This document shows positions 45,137-56,163 of a DNA stretch of 64,000 nucleotides, in pieces. The stretch is from Alphaproteobacteria bacterium (GTDB lineage: Bacteria; Pseudomonadota; Alphaproteobacteria; UBA1280; UBA6503), in assembly GCA_021774615.1 (NCBI GenBank), contig JAJFIW010000010.1, positions 10,230-74,229 of the forward strand. Reading direction: 5' to 3'. The translations under genes were made by a program, and so were the position numbers. Below the pieces are notes generated by a model, which ran no database searches, was not told the DNA's origin, and saw only the letters and a list, made by a program, of their open reading frames with translations. Within the stretch, counting starts at the first letter, position 1; each line of letters starts with the position of its first letter.

Positions 45137-46237
45137 TTGTATGCTGCAATTATGTGGATAAATCGTCTTAAGATAAACCAATTCCGTAACCTAACCCCAA
45201 CAGACATCACTTTGCCTGAGTCTGGTGTGTATGTATTGTATGGGCACAATGGTGCAGGCAAAACAAACCTACTCGAAGCATTGTCGCTCCTTTCTCCAGG
45301 GCAAGGGCTGCACCGTGCTAAGCTAGACCATATGACAGCTGAAAACAGTAAGGAATGGTCTATATTCGCTGAAATAAGCAGCCTTAATACAAACCGCAAA
45401 CTAGGTATGGTATACAACAAAAAACGCCGCCAAATTAAACTCGACGGGGAAGACATGCCCAGCCAAGCAGAGCTTGCTAAACTAGGCTCGGTACTATGGT
45501 TTACCCCCGAAATGGACAGGCTATTTTACGATAGCCCCGCTGCGCGCAGGCGTTTCTTTGACCGTTTAGTGTTTAGTATTACCCCCGAGCACGCCCTAAA
45601 CCTTAACCGTTATACTAGGCATATCCAAAACCGCGCAAAGTTGTTAAAGGAAAACACCCCCGACCAAGAATGGCTAACCATCGAGGAACAACAAGCCGCA
45701 CACTTTGGAGTAAAAGTTAGCCAACAGCGCCTAAACTACCTAACCCAACTACAACCTTCGTTAAAAGACGTTACAATGGAGCTAGTCGGCAATGCTGAAA
45801 GTATAATCAAAGAATCTCCAGAAAACTCTGAGGAAGAGACTGAAAGCTTATTTGCACAAACCCTATTACAAAACCGTAGCCGTGATGCTCGTTTTGCTAC
45901 TACCCATTTTGGTTCGCACCGTAGCGATGTAAGTGGGGTTTTATATACCGACACACCTCTGTCTCGGGCGTCTATGGGGCAGCATAAAAAGGCTTTACTC
46001 CATATTCTTATTGCCGCAGCCGAACTACAATACAAAACAGATGGCCAGCCACCGTGCATTCTACTCGATGAAGTAGCAACCCACTTAGATGAAACTTCTA
46101 GAGACGACCTTTACCAACGATTAATGGCTATGGGTGGGCAGCTATGGCTAACTGGAACCGAGAAAAGTTTTTTCGGGAACTTACAAAAACCTTACTTTAT
46201 AAGAGTTAACAATGGGCAAATAACACCCGAATTCTAA
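45137..46237 (+). CDS. recF: DNA replication and repair protein RecF
   Basis: INRLKINQFRNL, Walker A GHNGAGKTNLLEA and signature GQHKKALL, with LLDEV Walker B. The true start may be ATG 45152 (MWINRL). Confidence 0.9.
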   Translation: MYAAIMWINRLKINQFRNLTPTDITLPESGVYVLYGHNGAGKTNLLEALSLLSPGQGLHRAKLDHMTAENSKEWSIFAEISSLNTNRKLGMVYNKKRRQIKLDGEDMPSQAELAKLGSVLWFTPEMDRLFYDSPAARRRFFDRLVFSITPEHALNLNRYTRHIQNRAKLLKENTPDQEWLTIEEQQAAHFGVKVSQQRLNYLTQLQPSLKDVTMELVGNAESIIKESPENSEEETESLFAQTLLQNRSRDARFATTHFGSHRSDVSGVLYTDTPLSRASMGQHKKALLHILIAAAELQYKTDGQPPCILLDEVATHLDETSRDDLYQRLMAMGGQLWLTGTEKSFFGNLQKPYFIRVNNGQITPEF

Positions 46238-46330
46238 GTTTTAACTTGTTTCATAATTATAAACCGTTAAAGTTATATAAATATTTCTTATTTTATCTTC
46301 CTCTATTTCTTTCTTTAAAAGGAGCTACTA

Positions 46331-47551
46331 ATGTTCTCCAAACAAGGTATTGTGCAGCAAACGCTGCCACAAGTTGTATATATTCATGTCCAAAAAACTG
46401 ACCCAGATGATGATTGCTTAAAAAGCGGGTTGGAAGGGTCTGGTATTATTTACCACGAGAGTGGAATTATAGTTACCAACTCACACATTACTAATGAAGG
46501 TACGGGTTTTGCTGTCGAACTTTATGACGGAACAATTCTACCTGCAAAATTAATTGGCGAAAGCCTTCTTACCGACCTTGCAGTGTTAAAGATTGATTAC
46601 GATAAACCATTACCAGCGGTTACAATTGCAAAAGATGATGAAGCTAACGTTGGCGACAAAGTATTTGCTATTGGTTCTCCTTTAATAGAACACTTAAAAG
46701 GAACCGCAACATTTGGCTACATTAGCCACCTTAAAAGGTTCGGCTTTAAAAGCAAGTCTGATATTTATTTACCGATACTACAGTCTAATATCTCTCTTGC
46801 TGTAGGTAGCTCTGGCGGAGGTCTGTTTAACAGAGAAGGGCATTTGGTAGGTATTAACACCCTTATTCTAGGCAATAAAGTAGCCGCTAGCTTTTCAGGA
46901 GCTATTAATAGCAGTGATGTGGTATGGGTTGTTGAAAGTATCCTTAAAACTGGTTATGGCCCTTGGAAGACTGCTTTTGGTATTAATCTAAAACCTGTAA
47001 CTACAGCTATGGCTAAGGCACATAACCTTCCTGCACCAACAGGGGTTATTATTAATAACGTTACAGAAGGTTCGCTTGCGGAAAGTCTTGGGCTTAAGGT
47101 TAGTGACCTTATATTAAAAGTTGGTCATATACTAACCGACAGTGTAGCCGCTCTTACCTACGCATCAATGCATGCAGAAGGCAAACGCACAACTATATCT
47201 ATTAGTCGTGCTGCACAAATAGTAGAAATACCCCTGTATATTCCTCTAAAGCACAGAAAACGTGTTGTGAAGAACATAAGAGGGTTTGATAAATATGGTT
47301 TTAAGCTAAAGAATTCTCATAACTGTATTGGGGTACAGGTTAATGGCGTATTACCCGGAAGCCCTGCTGCTGCAGAAGGTTTTTTGGGTGATGAAGTTAT
47401 TATTGCAATCCAACCTCCAAATAGCAGTAAATGGGTAGAGGTTAATACCCCCAAAACCTTACGTGAGCAGCTTAAATTATATACTGGCAACGGTGTTATT
47501 ATCAAAGTATTAGAGCACGGCGAAGAGGTATTAATGGCTTTATCTTGCTAA
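46331..47551 (+). CDS. HtrA/DegP-family serine protease with two PDZ domains and no signal peptide
   Basis: Triad contexts IVTNSHI, TDLAVLKI and GSSGGGLFN. PDZ-like GVIINNVTEGSLAESLGLKVSDLIL and GVQVNGVLPGSPAAAEGFLGDEVII. AAGGAG lies 7 nt upstream of the ATG, and the N-terminus MFSKQGIVQQT is not hydrophobic. Confidence 0.8.
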   Translation: MFSKQGIVQQTLPQVVYIHVQKTDPDDDCLKSGLEGSGIIYHESGIIVTNSHITNEGTGFAVELYDGTILPAKLIGESLLTDLAVLKIDYDKPLPAVTIAKDDEANVGDKVFAIGSPLIEHLKGTATFGYISHLKRFGFKSKSDIYLPILQSNISLAVGSSGGGLFNREGHLVGINTLILGNKVAASFSGAINSSDVVWVVESILKTGYGPWKTAFGINLKPVTTAMAKAHNLPAPTGVIINNVTEGSLAESLGLKVSDLILKVGHILTDSVAALTYASMHAEGKRTTISISRAAQIVEIPLYIPLKHRKRVVKNIRGFDKYGFKLKNSHNCIGVQVNGVLPGSPAAAEGFLGDEVIIAIQPPNSSKWVEVNTPKTLREQLKLYTGNGVIIKVLEHGEEVLMALSC

Positions 47552-47553
47552 CG

Positions 47554-47586
47554 AAAAAGCACCCGCTATTACAGTGGGTGCTTTTT
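47554..47586 (+). terminator. Intrinsic terminator after the HtrA-like gene
   Basis: AAAAAGCACCC-(11 nt)-GGGTGCTTTTT. Confidence 0.75.
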
Positions 47587-47659
47587 GTTGTATACATGGT
47601 GTAAATATGCGGTTTTTTTGTGCTTTTGTTGGGGGTTTGTGGTATATTTTGGGGACTAA

Positions 47660-50149
<2,490 letters not shown>

Positions 50150-50168
50150 ACATCAATAGCAAATCAAT

Positions 50169-50197
50169 AAAGCCCCTGTATAAACTACAGGGGCTTT
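50169..50197. terminator. Bidirectional terminator between gyrB and the ankyrin-like array
   Basis: AAAGCCCCTGTA-TAAAC-TACAGGGGCTTT. Confidence 0.8.
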
Positions 50198-50208
50198 ATT
50201 CTTTTCGA

Positions 50209-50421
50209 TTATTCAATGCTTAAGCCGTGTTGGGCAATTAAAGCATCGAAGCTTAATGGCCTTGAAAAACCCATTTGCAAAAGCGCCTTAACAAGATGAG
50301 CATTTTTGGTTTCGATTGCTAGCTTAAGAAGGTTGGTATCATTCTTAAGCTCAGAATCTGCTCTAACCGCATCTTGTATAGCAGGAATGTTAGCTTCCTG
50401 TATGAGTTTGGTTATATCCAT
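50209..50421 (-). CDS. 70-aa protein consisting only of the C-terminal module of the ankyrin-like family
   Basis: Start moved to ATG 50421 (GGAGGG 8 nt upstream; the track extension overlaps the upstream gene). AIETKNAHLVKALLQMGFSRPLSFDALI matches the family C-terminal motif. Confidence 0.45.
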   Translation of the reverse strand: MDITKLIQEANIPAIQDAVRADSELKNDTNLLKLAIETKNAHLVKALLQMGFSRPLSFDALIAQHGLSIE

Positions 50422-50425
50422 GGCT

Positions 50426-50863
50426 TTAACCCTCCTTAAATTGTTGATCTTCTGCAACAATATCAAGATTACTATCAACCAGACTGCCGTAATTGTCTGG
50501 CTGCTTAAACCCAATGGTTATTAGGTTATTGGCACCACTAAAGTTTCTTTCTTTTGTAAAGGTGTTTGTAACAACCTCTGGGTCATTAAGGGCATCATTA
50601 CCGCATAGGATAGATTTGACAGTATCACAATCATCATTACTAAAAAGCAAAGCCTCTTTGTCCATAACCTTAGCAAGGGAAATAACAGACTTCATATTGC
50701 CTGCTTTTGCAAATAACATGATGGCAGTATTACCATTTTCATCAACCCCATTGGTTAAAGCACCTTCTGAGATAAAGTTTTGTGCTGATTCCCAATCATT
50801 ATTCTCAGCCGCGCCAAGAAATAACTGAGTCACAGGGTTATTAATAGTTCTTTGATTTTTCAT
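50426..50863 (-). CDS. Ankyrin-like repeat family protein (145 aa)
   Basis: LFLGAAENNDWESAQNFISEGALTNGVDENGNTAIMLFAKAGNMKSVISLAKV, with C-terminal LITIGFKQPDNY. Confidence 0.55.
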   Translation of the reverse strand: MKNQRTINNPVTQLFLGAAENNDWESAQNFISEGALTNGVDENGNTAIMLFAKAGNMKSVISLAKVMDKEALLFSNDDCDTVKSILCGNDALNDPEVVTNTFTKERNFSGANNLITIGFKQPDNYGSLVDSNLDIVAEDQQFKEG

Positions 50864-50961
50864 AATTGAACCCTACTGGTTAAGGTAGGTCCTTATAAAA
50901 TAAGAGAAGAAAAGAAGATAAAAGTTAAACCTAAGAGAGTATACAAAGAATTCCTATAAAG

Positions 50962-50999
50962 TAAAGCCCCTAAACACAAAACTGTGTCAAGGGGCTTTA
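50962..50999 (-). terminator. Intrinsic terminator after an ankyrin-like gene
   Basis: TAAAGCCCC ... GGGGCTTTA with an inner ACACA/TGTGT pairing. Confidence 0.6.
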
Positions 51000-51014
51000 C
51001 TTAAAGAAGAAGTG

Positions 51015-51665
51015 TTACTTTTTCTTCTTTTTCGTTCTACGTTTCTTTACCTTTGGTGTAGCTAATAGCTTTGCCTTTGGCAGAGAACGCTTATCAATTC
51101 CTTGTTTATTAACAAGCATGTTGAAGTTTTTGGGCTTTTTAAACCCAGCCTTAACAAGCTTGCCAACAAGCTTAGAGTTTTTCAAAGAAAGAGCGAATTC
51201 AACGAAGAATTCGTTATTCATGATTGCCGGAAACATCTCCGCCAGGTCATAAATAAATGAATCCTCTCTTCTCAAGAGACCTCTAATCATAACAATTTTT
51301 TCGACCAATTCTTCCATAGCAGCATCACCAGGGTAAATCCGCTGTGTAAGAACAAGAAGCTTATTAAGGTCAATAATACTTGGGTTAGTAATATTAACCT
51401 CTAAAAAGAACTCGAAATTCTTGTTGGCAATAAGCCAATAGAAGATCGAAGCTCCAAAACTGTCTTCTTGATTCAAAAGGTCTGGATTTATCTCCAACAA
51501 CTTCCGGAGCGAGTCATTATCTCCAGCAGCTGCGAATATCATACCAACAGTATTACCGTTAGTAGATCTTCTGAAAGGAGAGAAGGTCTTTTTCTCTATG
51601 TTGTCAAAAACAAGTTTTGCATTGCCCGCATGTGCTGCGGCAAAATGATGATTTATATCTAACAT
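51015..51665 (-). CDS. Ankyrin-like repeat family protein (216 aa)
   Basis: Start moved to ATG 51665 (the track extension runs through the upstream terminator). STNGNTVGMIFAAAGDNDSLRKLLEINPDLLNQEDSFGASIFYW, C-terminal LVKAGFKKPKNF and a poly-Lys tail. Confidence 0.55.
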   Translation of the reverse strand: MLDINHHFAAAHAGNAKLVFDNIEKKTFSPFRRSTNGNTVGMIFAAAGDNDSLRKLLEINPDLLNQEDSFGASIFYWLIANKNFEFFLEVNITNPSIIDLNKLLVLTQRIYPGDAAMEELVEKIVMIRGLLRREDSFIYDLAEMFPAIMNNEFFVEFALSLKNSKLVGKLVKAGFKKPKNFNMLVNKQGIDKRSLPKAKLLATPKVKKRRTKKKKK

Positions 51666-51762
51666 AATTTCACCCCCTCTAAGAGGGGCTCCAAAAAAGG
51701 TAGTGCTTAAAAAAAACAGATTATTTTGTGTATCGTTTACTAATATAGGAACTATTTTAATA

Positions 51763-51798
51763 AATAAAACCCCCTGCATTGCTACAGGGGGTTTTATT
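51763..51798 (-). terminator. Intrinsic terminator after an ankyrin-like gene
   Basis: AATAAAACCCCCTG-CATTGCTA-CAGGGGGTTTTATT. Confidence 0.75.
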
Positions 51799-51816
51799 CG
51801 CTAATTTATGGCTTTT

Positions 51817-53460
51817 TTAGAGCACTTCGGACATTTCTATCCCAACTCCATTAAGCCACTTTTCTAAAGATTCATGCTGCTTGAACCCCATACCAATTAA
51901 GGCCTTTGTTATTCTAACAGCTCTATCTTTCTCAGCTTTATCGAAGGCAGCCTTCTCTAATTCTCTAGCTGCTTGTATTTCGGCTTCTTCTGCTGCTTTA
52001 ACCAGGTCCATTGCTTCTGCTCTATCTTTGCCATCAGCAACAAGAGCATCAACTTTAACCATCCTTGCAGCTCTATCAGCTTTCCTTGTTTCTTTGTTCT
52101 GAGCTTTTGGTTCAGGCTGGTACTCTAGAACATATGTAGAAACACCAAAAACATCTTCCTGCTCGAGTATTTCGGGGAAATGTTCGGCTAATACCTTTAG
52201 ACCATCTATATTATCACTAGATACCAACTCCATTGGAGTTGTATACCCATCAATATCACGATGGCTAAGAATATCTGGCTTTAACTTAGCTATTCTGATT
52301 ATATATTCTATCTTTCTATAAACCATCATAGTTAAGGTAATATTATTCCCAAAACAATCGCTTTGGTCTAATGCCTCGATATTAATCTTGGCAATTTCTT
52401 CAATAGCCTCAAAGCGTAGCCTTGTAGCAAGAGTTATCATAACATTGTTACCAAACTTATCCATATGAGTAACAGTACTAGGTCTAACCCTAATTAGCTC
52501 AACAACACTCTCCCAGTCGGTAGTTTCTGCTAGTTTCATAACAGCATTCTTCCCATTCCTGGGGTAAGTTCGATATGCAATATCAGGTTCAATACTAGCT
52601 AGCTTTATAATGGTTTCACCACCACCACGAGCAGCCAAAAGGGACTCTATCGAGTTATCATATATATCCTTATGGTCTAGAATTGATGGCCTGATTTTGG
52701 CAAATTTTAGAACAGTGTCTCCACCTCTACCATCATAATTAATAAAATACATAACAGCAGACTCTCTCATACCATGCAAATGGTCTAGCACAGCTGGTTC
52801 AATATTAATCAGCTCTTCTATTGCACTTACATTCTTTTGCTTAGCAAAGATAGTAGCGACTGTGTCGCCGTTATGGTCCTGTGCCAGAATATTAGCACCA
52901 GCTTCTATTTTCTTTAATACTGCAGATATATCATTCCTGCCAGCATGGTTCAGCATTACAAACTGGTTTTTAATGTCCTTCTTCCAAATTTTTCTTTTAC
53001 GAATAATTTCTCTAAAGTCAGAAGGCACTTTAAAACCAGCCCGTAATATCGGGACAATTTCATTGACCCCATAATTACAAGCAACCAAACGAAGTACATT
53101 TGCTTGTTCTAATACCTTCTTGTTATAGAAAGGAAGTCTACATACTTCTATAAACATTCCCTTTGCTGCAAAATGTTCGGCAGGTGTAAGGGTTCCAGTT
53201 TTAGTAGGCTCAAGAAGTTGAGACGGTATTTCTATTATCTCATCTTTCTTTTTATTTACCTTTGCTTCTGCTTGCTCTAACTCAATTTTAACAAGCTCTA
53301 CTACAGCAGCAAAGTCGCCATGGCTTGCAAAAATAGTAGCAACAGTATTGCCTTTTATATCTTGCGCTAGAATATCAGCACCAGATGTGATAAACCCTTT
53401 AACCCGTAATATATTGCGGGCTTGGGCTGCTTCTAGCATTAATTTGTCTAGAATAAACAT
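51817..53460 (-). CDS. Ankyrin-like repeat family protein, apparent fusion of two family units (547 aa)
   Basis: ATG 53460 is preferred over GTG 53472. About nine units of ~34 aa fit the pattern D..GNT/S....A......V..L..I.P..L. The family motif occurs twice: ILRAGFKVPSDF near residue 150 and LIGMGFKQHESL at the C-terminus. Confidence 0.6.
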   Translation of the reverse strand: MFILDKLMLEAAQARNILRVKGFITSGADILAQDIKGNTVATIFASHGDFAAVVELVKIELEQAEAKVNKKKDEIIEIPSQLLEPTKTGTLTPAEHFAAKGMFIEVCRLPFYNKKVLEQANVLRLVACNYGVNEIVPILRAGFKVPSDFREIIRKRKIWKKDIKNQFVMLNHAGRNDISAVLKKIEAGANILAQDHNGDTVATIFAKQKNVSAIEELINIEPAVLDHLHGMRESAVMYFINYDGRGGDTVLKFAKIRPSILDHKDIYDNSIESLLAARGGGETIIKLASIEPDIAYRTYPRNGKNAVMKLAETTDWESVVELIRVRPSTVTHMDKFGNNVMITLATRLRFEAIEEIAKINIEALDQSDCFGNNITLTMMVYRKIEYIIRIAKLKPDILSHRDIDGYTTPMELVSSDNIDGLKVLAEHFPEILEQEDVFGVSTYVLEYQPEPKAQNKETRKADRAARMVKVDALVADGKDRAEAMDLVKAAEEAEIQAARELEKAAFDKAEKDRAVRITKALIGMGFKQHESLEKWLNGVGIEMSEVL

Positions 53461-53559
53461 AACTAGTTCCACCTGTTAGGGCGGCTCCTCTAAAATATAA
53501 AAAATGAAAAGAAGGAAACTTATAGTTGCATAAACATATATACTCATTATATATAAATT

Positions 53560-53592
53560 AAAAGCCCCCACATATTGTATGTGGGGGCTTTT
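53560..53592 (-). terminator. Intrinsic terminator after an ankyrin-like gene
   Basis: AAAAGCCCCCACAT-ATTGT-ATGTGGGGGCTTTT. Confidence 0.8.
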
Positions 53593-53626
53593 ATTTCGTA
53601 TTTTTATAGGCTACATGTAGTTATTA

Positions 53627-54160
53627 CTAGCCAGCTAAGCTTAAATTTGCTTTATTCATAGAGGTTTTAAAGTTCTGGGGTTTCTTAAACCCTGCAGCTA
53701 ATAACATTCCTATGAACATAGTATTTTTAAGGCTAATAGCCTCAGTAATTATTGCAGTATTTTCTCTGATTTTATTATTAATAGTCGCCAATAATATAAC
53801 CGTACCGATATTACCATTGTCTATTAATAGTTTAGAAGAGCAGTCGTAGATATCATCAGGGATATCAACCAACTCGGGGCTAATCTTAGCTAATAATAGT
53901 ATTGCTACAGTATTATTATAATATGCCAACCACGTAGTAACAGAGTTACCATGTGTGTCTGTCTGTGTAATGATAGACGCATCTTGCCTTGCTAACGCCA
54001 AAACAGCTTGGGTATTATTATGGTAGGCAAACCATGTTGCAACACCATCATCATTATTATCTTTAGCAAGAATATAAGCACCATAGGCCAGGCAATCTTG
54101 AACGGTAGGCCAGTCATTTCGCCGTGCTGCATTTAACATAATTTTATTAATTGGATTCAT
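53627..54160 (-). CDS. Ankyrin-like repeat family protein (177 aa)
   Basis: IMLNAARRNDWPTVQDCLAYGAYILAKDNNDDGVATWFAYHNNTQAVLALAR..DTHGNSVTTWLAYYNN, with C-terminal LLAAGFKKPQNF. Confidence 0.6.
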   Translation of the reverse strand: MNPINKIMLNAARRNDWPTVQDCLAYGAYILAKDNNDDGVATWFAYHNNTQAVLALARQDASIITQTDTHGNSVTTWLAYYNNTVAILLLAKISPELVDIPDDIYDCSSKLLIDNGNIGTVILLATINNKIRENTAIITEAISLKNTMFIGMLLAAGFKKPQNFKTSMNKANLSLAG

Positions 54161-54259
54161 ATGTTTTTACATACCTTGTTTAAGGTAGCTCCTTAGAAAT
54201 AGAAAAAGGGAAGAAAAGAAGAATCAATCTCGAGACTATACTAACTATCACCAAACAAG

Positions 54260-54296
54260 TAAACCCCCTATATACTTTACGGTATATAGGGGGTTA
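54260..54296 (-). terminator. Intrinsic terminator after an ankyrin-like gene
   Basis: TAAACCCCCTATATAC-TTTACG-GTATATAGGGGGTTA. Confidence 0.75.
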
Positions 54297-54307
54297 CCCA
54301 AAGTTCG

Positions 54308-54949
54308 TTATTGGGACATACTCATGACAATATCATAGACTTCTTGCTTCTTAACTCTATGAGCTGCCATAAATTCAGCAAAATCATCAGGCTCTCTAAA
54401 ACCAGCAACCAGCAATTCTGCAATCATATTTGGATCCCTAAATTTACGGATTGCAATTTTAATCACGGCATTATTACCCAATACAAGCTTGCTAATACTA
54501 GCTAACTCCTTTACTGCAGCAACATTACCGTGGTTCATTAGGTGTTCAATAGGCAAACAATTGCTTTCGTCTTGGCAAAGAAGAACGTTTTCATCCATCC
54601 GAGCAAGCTTAATAACCAAATCAGCATTATTATGATATGCCATCCAACTAGTAACACTGTTACCAAATGCATCTCTGCATTTTAGTGCATGTGGGTAGCT
54701 ATCAATTAATTCTGAAACAGCATCAGCATTATTATGAGAAGCAAAAATAATTGGTGCGGTTGCACCATCTTCACCATCTCTAGCAAGTATATCTGCACCA
54801 CAAACAAGGAAACCTTTAGCAGACAACCAGCGGTTTTTTCTTGCTTCAAATAGCATTAAATTTTCCATAGCACTATTGTTAGTAGCTTCAACTTCACCAA
54901 GAACACCACTGTATAAACCAAGGGAAAAAGCTCTGATAGTTAATGACAT
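54308..54949 (-). CDS. Ankyrin-like repeat family protein (213 aa)
   Basis: NLMLFEARKNRWLSAKGFLVCGADILARDGEDGATAPIIFASHNNADAVSELI..DAFGNSVTSWMAYHNN, with C-terminal LLVAGFREPDDF. AGGAG lies upstream of ATG 54949. Confidence 0.6.
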   Translation of the reverse strand: MSLTIRAFSLGLYSGVLGEVEATNNSAMENLMLFEARKNRWLSAKGFLVCGADILARDGEDGATAPIIFASHNNADAVSELIDSYPHALKCRDAFGNSVTSWMAYHNNADLVIKLARMDENVLLCQDESNCLPIEHLMNHGNVAAVKELASISKLVLGNNAVIKIAIRKFRDPNMIAELLVAGFREPDDFAEFMAAHRVKKQEVYDIVMSMSQ

Positions 54950-55022
54950 AAGTAATCTCCTATAAAAGTAAAAAAGGAAGGTCGAGGTTTAAGGTTATTA
55001 CTTGATATACCTTAGCAGTAAA

Positions 55023-55052
55023 GCAAACCCTCTATATATTTAGAGGGTTTGC
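55023..55052 (-). terminator. Intrinsic terminator after an ankyrin-like gene
   Basis: GCAAACCCTCTA-TATATT-TAGAGGGTTTGC. Confidence 0.75.
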
Positions 55053-55061
55053 ATACAAATG

Positions 55062-56015
55062 TTATGGTATATCTAGCTTATATCTAATCAATAGCATTTC
55101 TAAATCTGGTGGTTCCATAAAGCTATTATCCAGCAGTGATCTTAACAAAGGAAGGTTACTTCGTATAATAGCAGCTGTAACAACCATTTCTTGTTTTAAG
55201 ATGAGAGGGTTGATTTTTGCTAATGCTAAAATAGCCTTAGCACAACCATCATTATTAAGGTAAGACAACCAAAAAACAGCAGATCTACCACCTTCATCAG
55301 TTTGCTCTAATACCGATGGGTTTACCTTAGCTAATTTTCTGATTTCTCTATAATTATTATAACGTGCTAACCAAGTAGTTATACTTCTGCCATATCCGTC
55401 CACTTGGGTAAGAACCTTAGGCTCTAACTTTACTAACTTCAGCACAGCTTTAACATAGTTTTTACAAGCAAATATAATAGCAGCTGTACTACCACCACCA
55501 TCTGCATGGTACAAAGACTTTTTATTAAGCCTAGCTAAAACCATAACCCCTCTAGAGCAACAATGCCGAGCCAGCCATATAATAGGCTTTACGCCTTTTG
55601 CATCAGCTTGCTCGATAATACTTGGGTTCTTCTTTGCAAAAGCTGGTATTAATTTAGTATTGCTTCTCCTAGGTATTAATATGGTGGTAACGGTGTTACC
55701 ATTTATATCAATATGATCTAGAATAGCAGGGTTTATTTTAATAAAGGCCTTTATAGCATTTATATTATTATGTTCTGCAAATACAATAGCTGCAGTTTTA
55801 TTGCTTACCCCAGTCTGTAACAACAACTCTGGGTACTTTTTAACTAGCTTAATAGCCTCATAAGCATTGTTATTAAACGCCAAGATCATAATAAGAGTAT
55901 TACCACACTCATCTTGTGCCGAAAGGTCAGCCCCAAGTTTTATCATCCTGTTAACAACAACAAAATCGCCGCTATGGGCGCCACTAAGCATTAGTTTGTT
56001 TAAAAGGGAGTACAT
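55062..56015 (-). CDS. Ankyrin-like repeat family protein (317 aa)
   Basis: KLMLSGAHSGDFVVVNRMIKLGADLSAQDECGNTLIMILAFNNNAYEAIKLV, followed by about seven further ~34-aa units. C-terminal LLDNSFMEPPDL, with AGGAGG upstream. Confidence 0.6.
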   Translation of the reverse strand: MYSLLNKLMLSGAHSGDFVVVNRMIKLGADLSAQDECGNTLIMILAFNNNAYEAIKLVKKYPELLLQTGVSNKTAAIVFAEHNNINAIKAFIKINPAILDHIDINGNTVTTILIPRRSNTKLIPAFAKKNPSIIEQADAKGVKPIIWLARHCCSRGVMVLARLNKKSLYHADGGGSTAAIIFACKNYVKAVLKLVKLEPKVLTQVDGYGRSITTWLARYNNYREIRKLAKVNPSVLEQTDEGGRSAVFWLSYLNNDGCAKAILALAKINPLILKQEMVVTAAIIRSNLPLLRSLLDNSFMEPPDLEMLLIRYKLDIP

Positions 56016-56163
56016 AAGTTTCCTCCTATAAAAGAGAAAAATATAATAAGATGTATATATTTACATATACAACCTATATTAACATAATATCTTATTCAAC
56101 CATAAAAACACCCCCCTGCATATTTATACAAAAGGGGTGTAGAGAATTTATATACTAATTATA

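Noticed and set aside
45153-45161. Perfect DnaA box TGTGGATAA at the recF start, plus a second TTATCCACA at 26523-26531, as a possible oriC signal
   Set aside because: These are two isolated 9-mers in 64 kb (both strands), about the chance expectation. No cluster of boxes or AT-rich unwinding element lies next to them.
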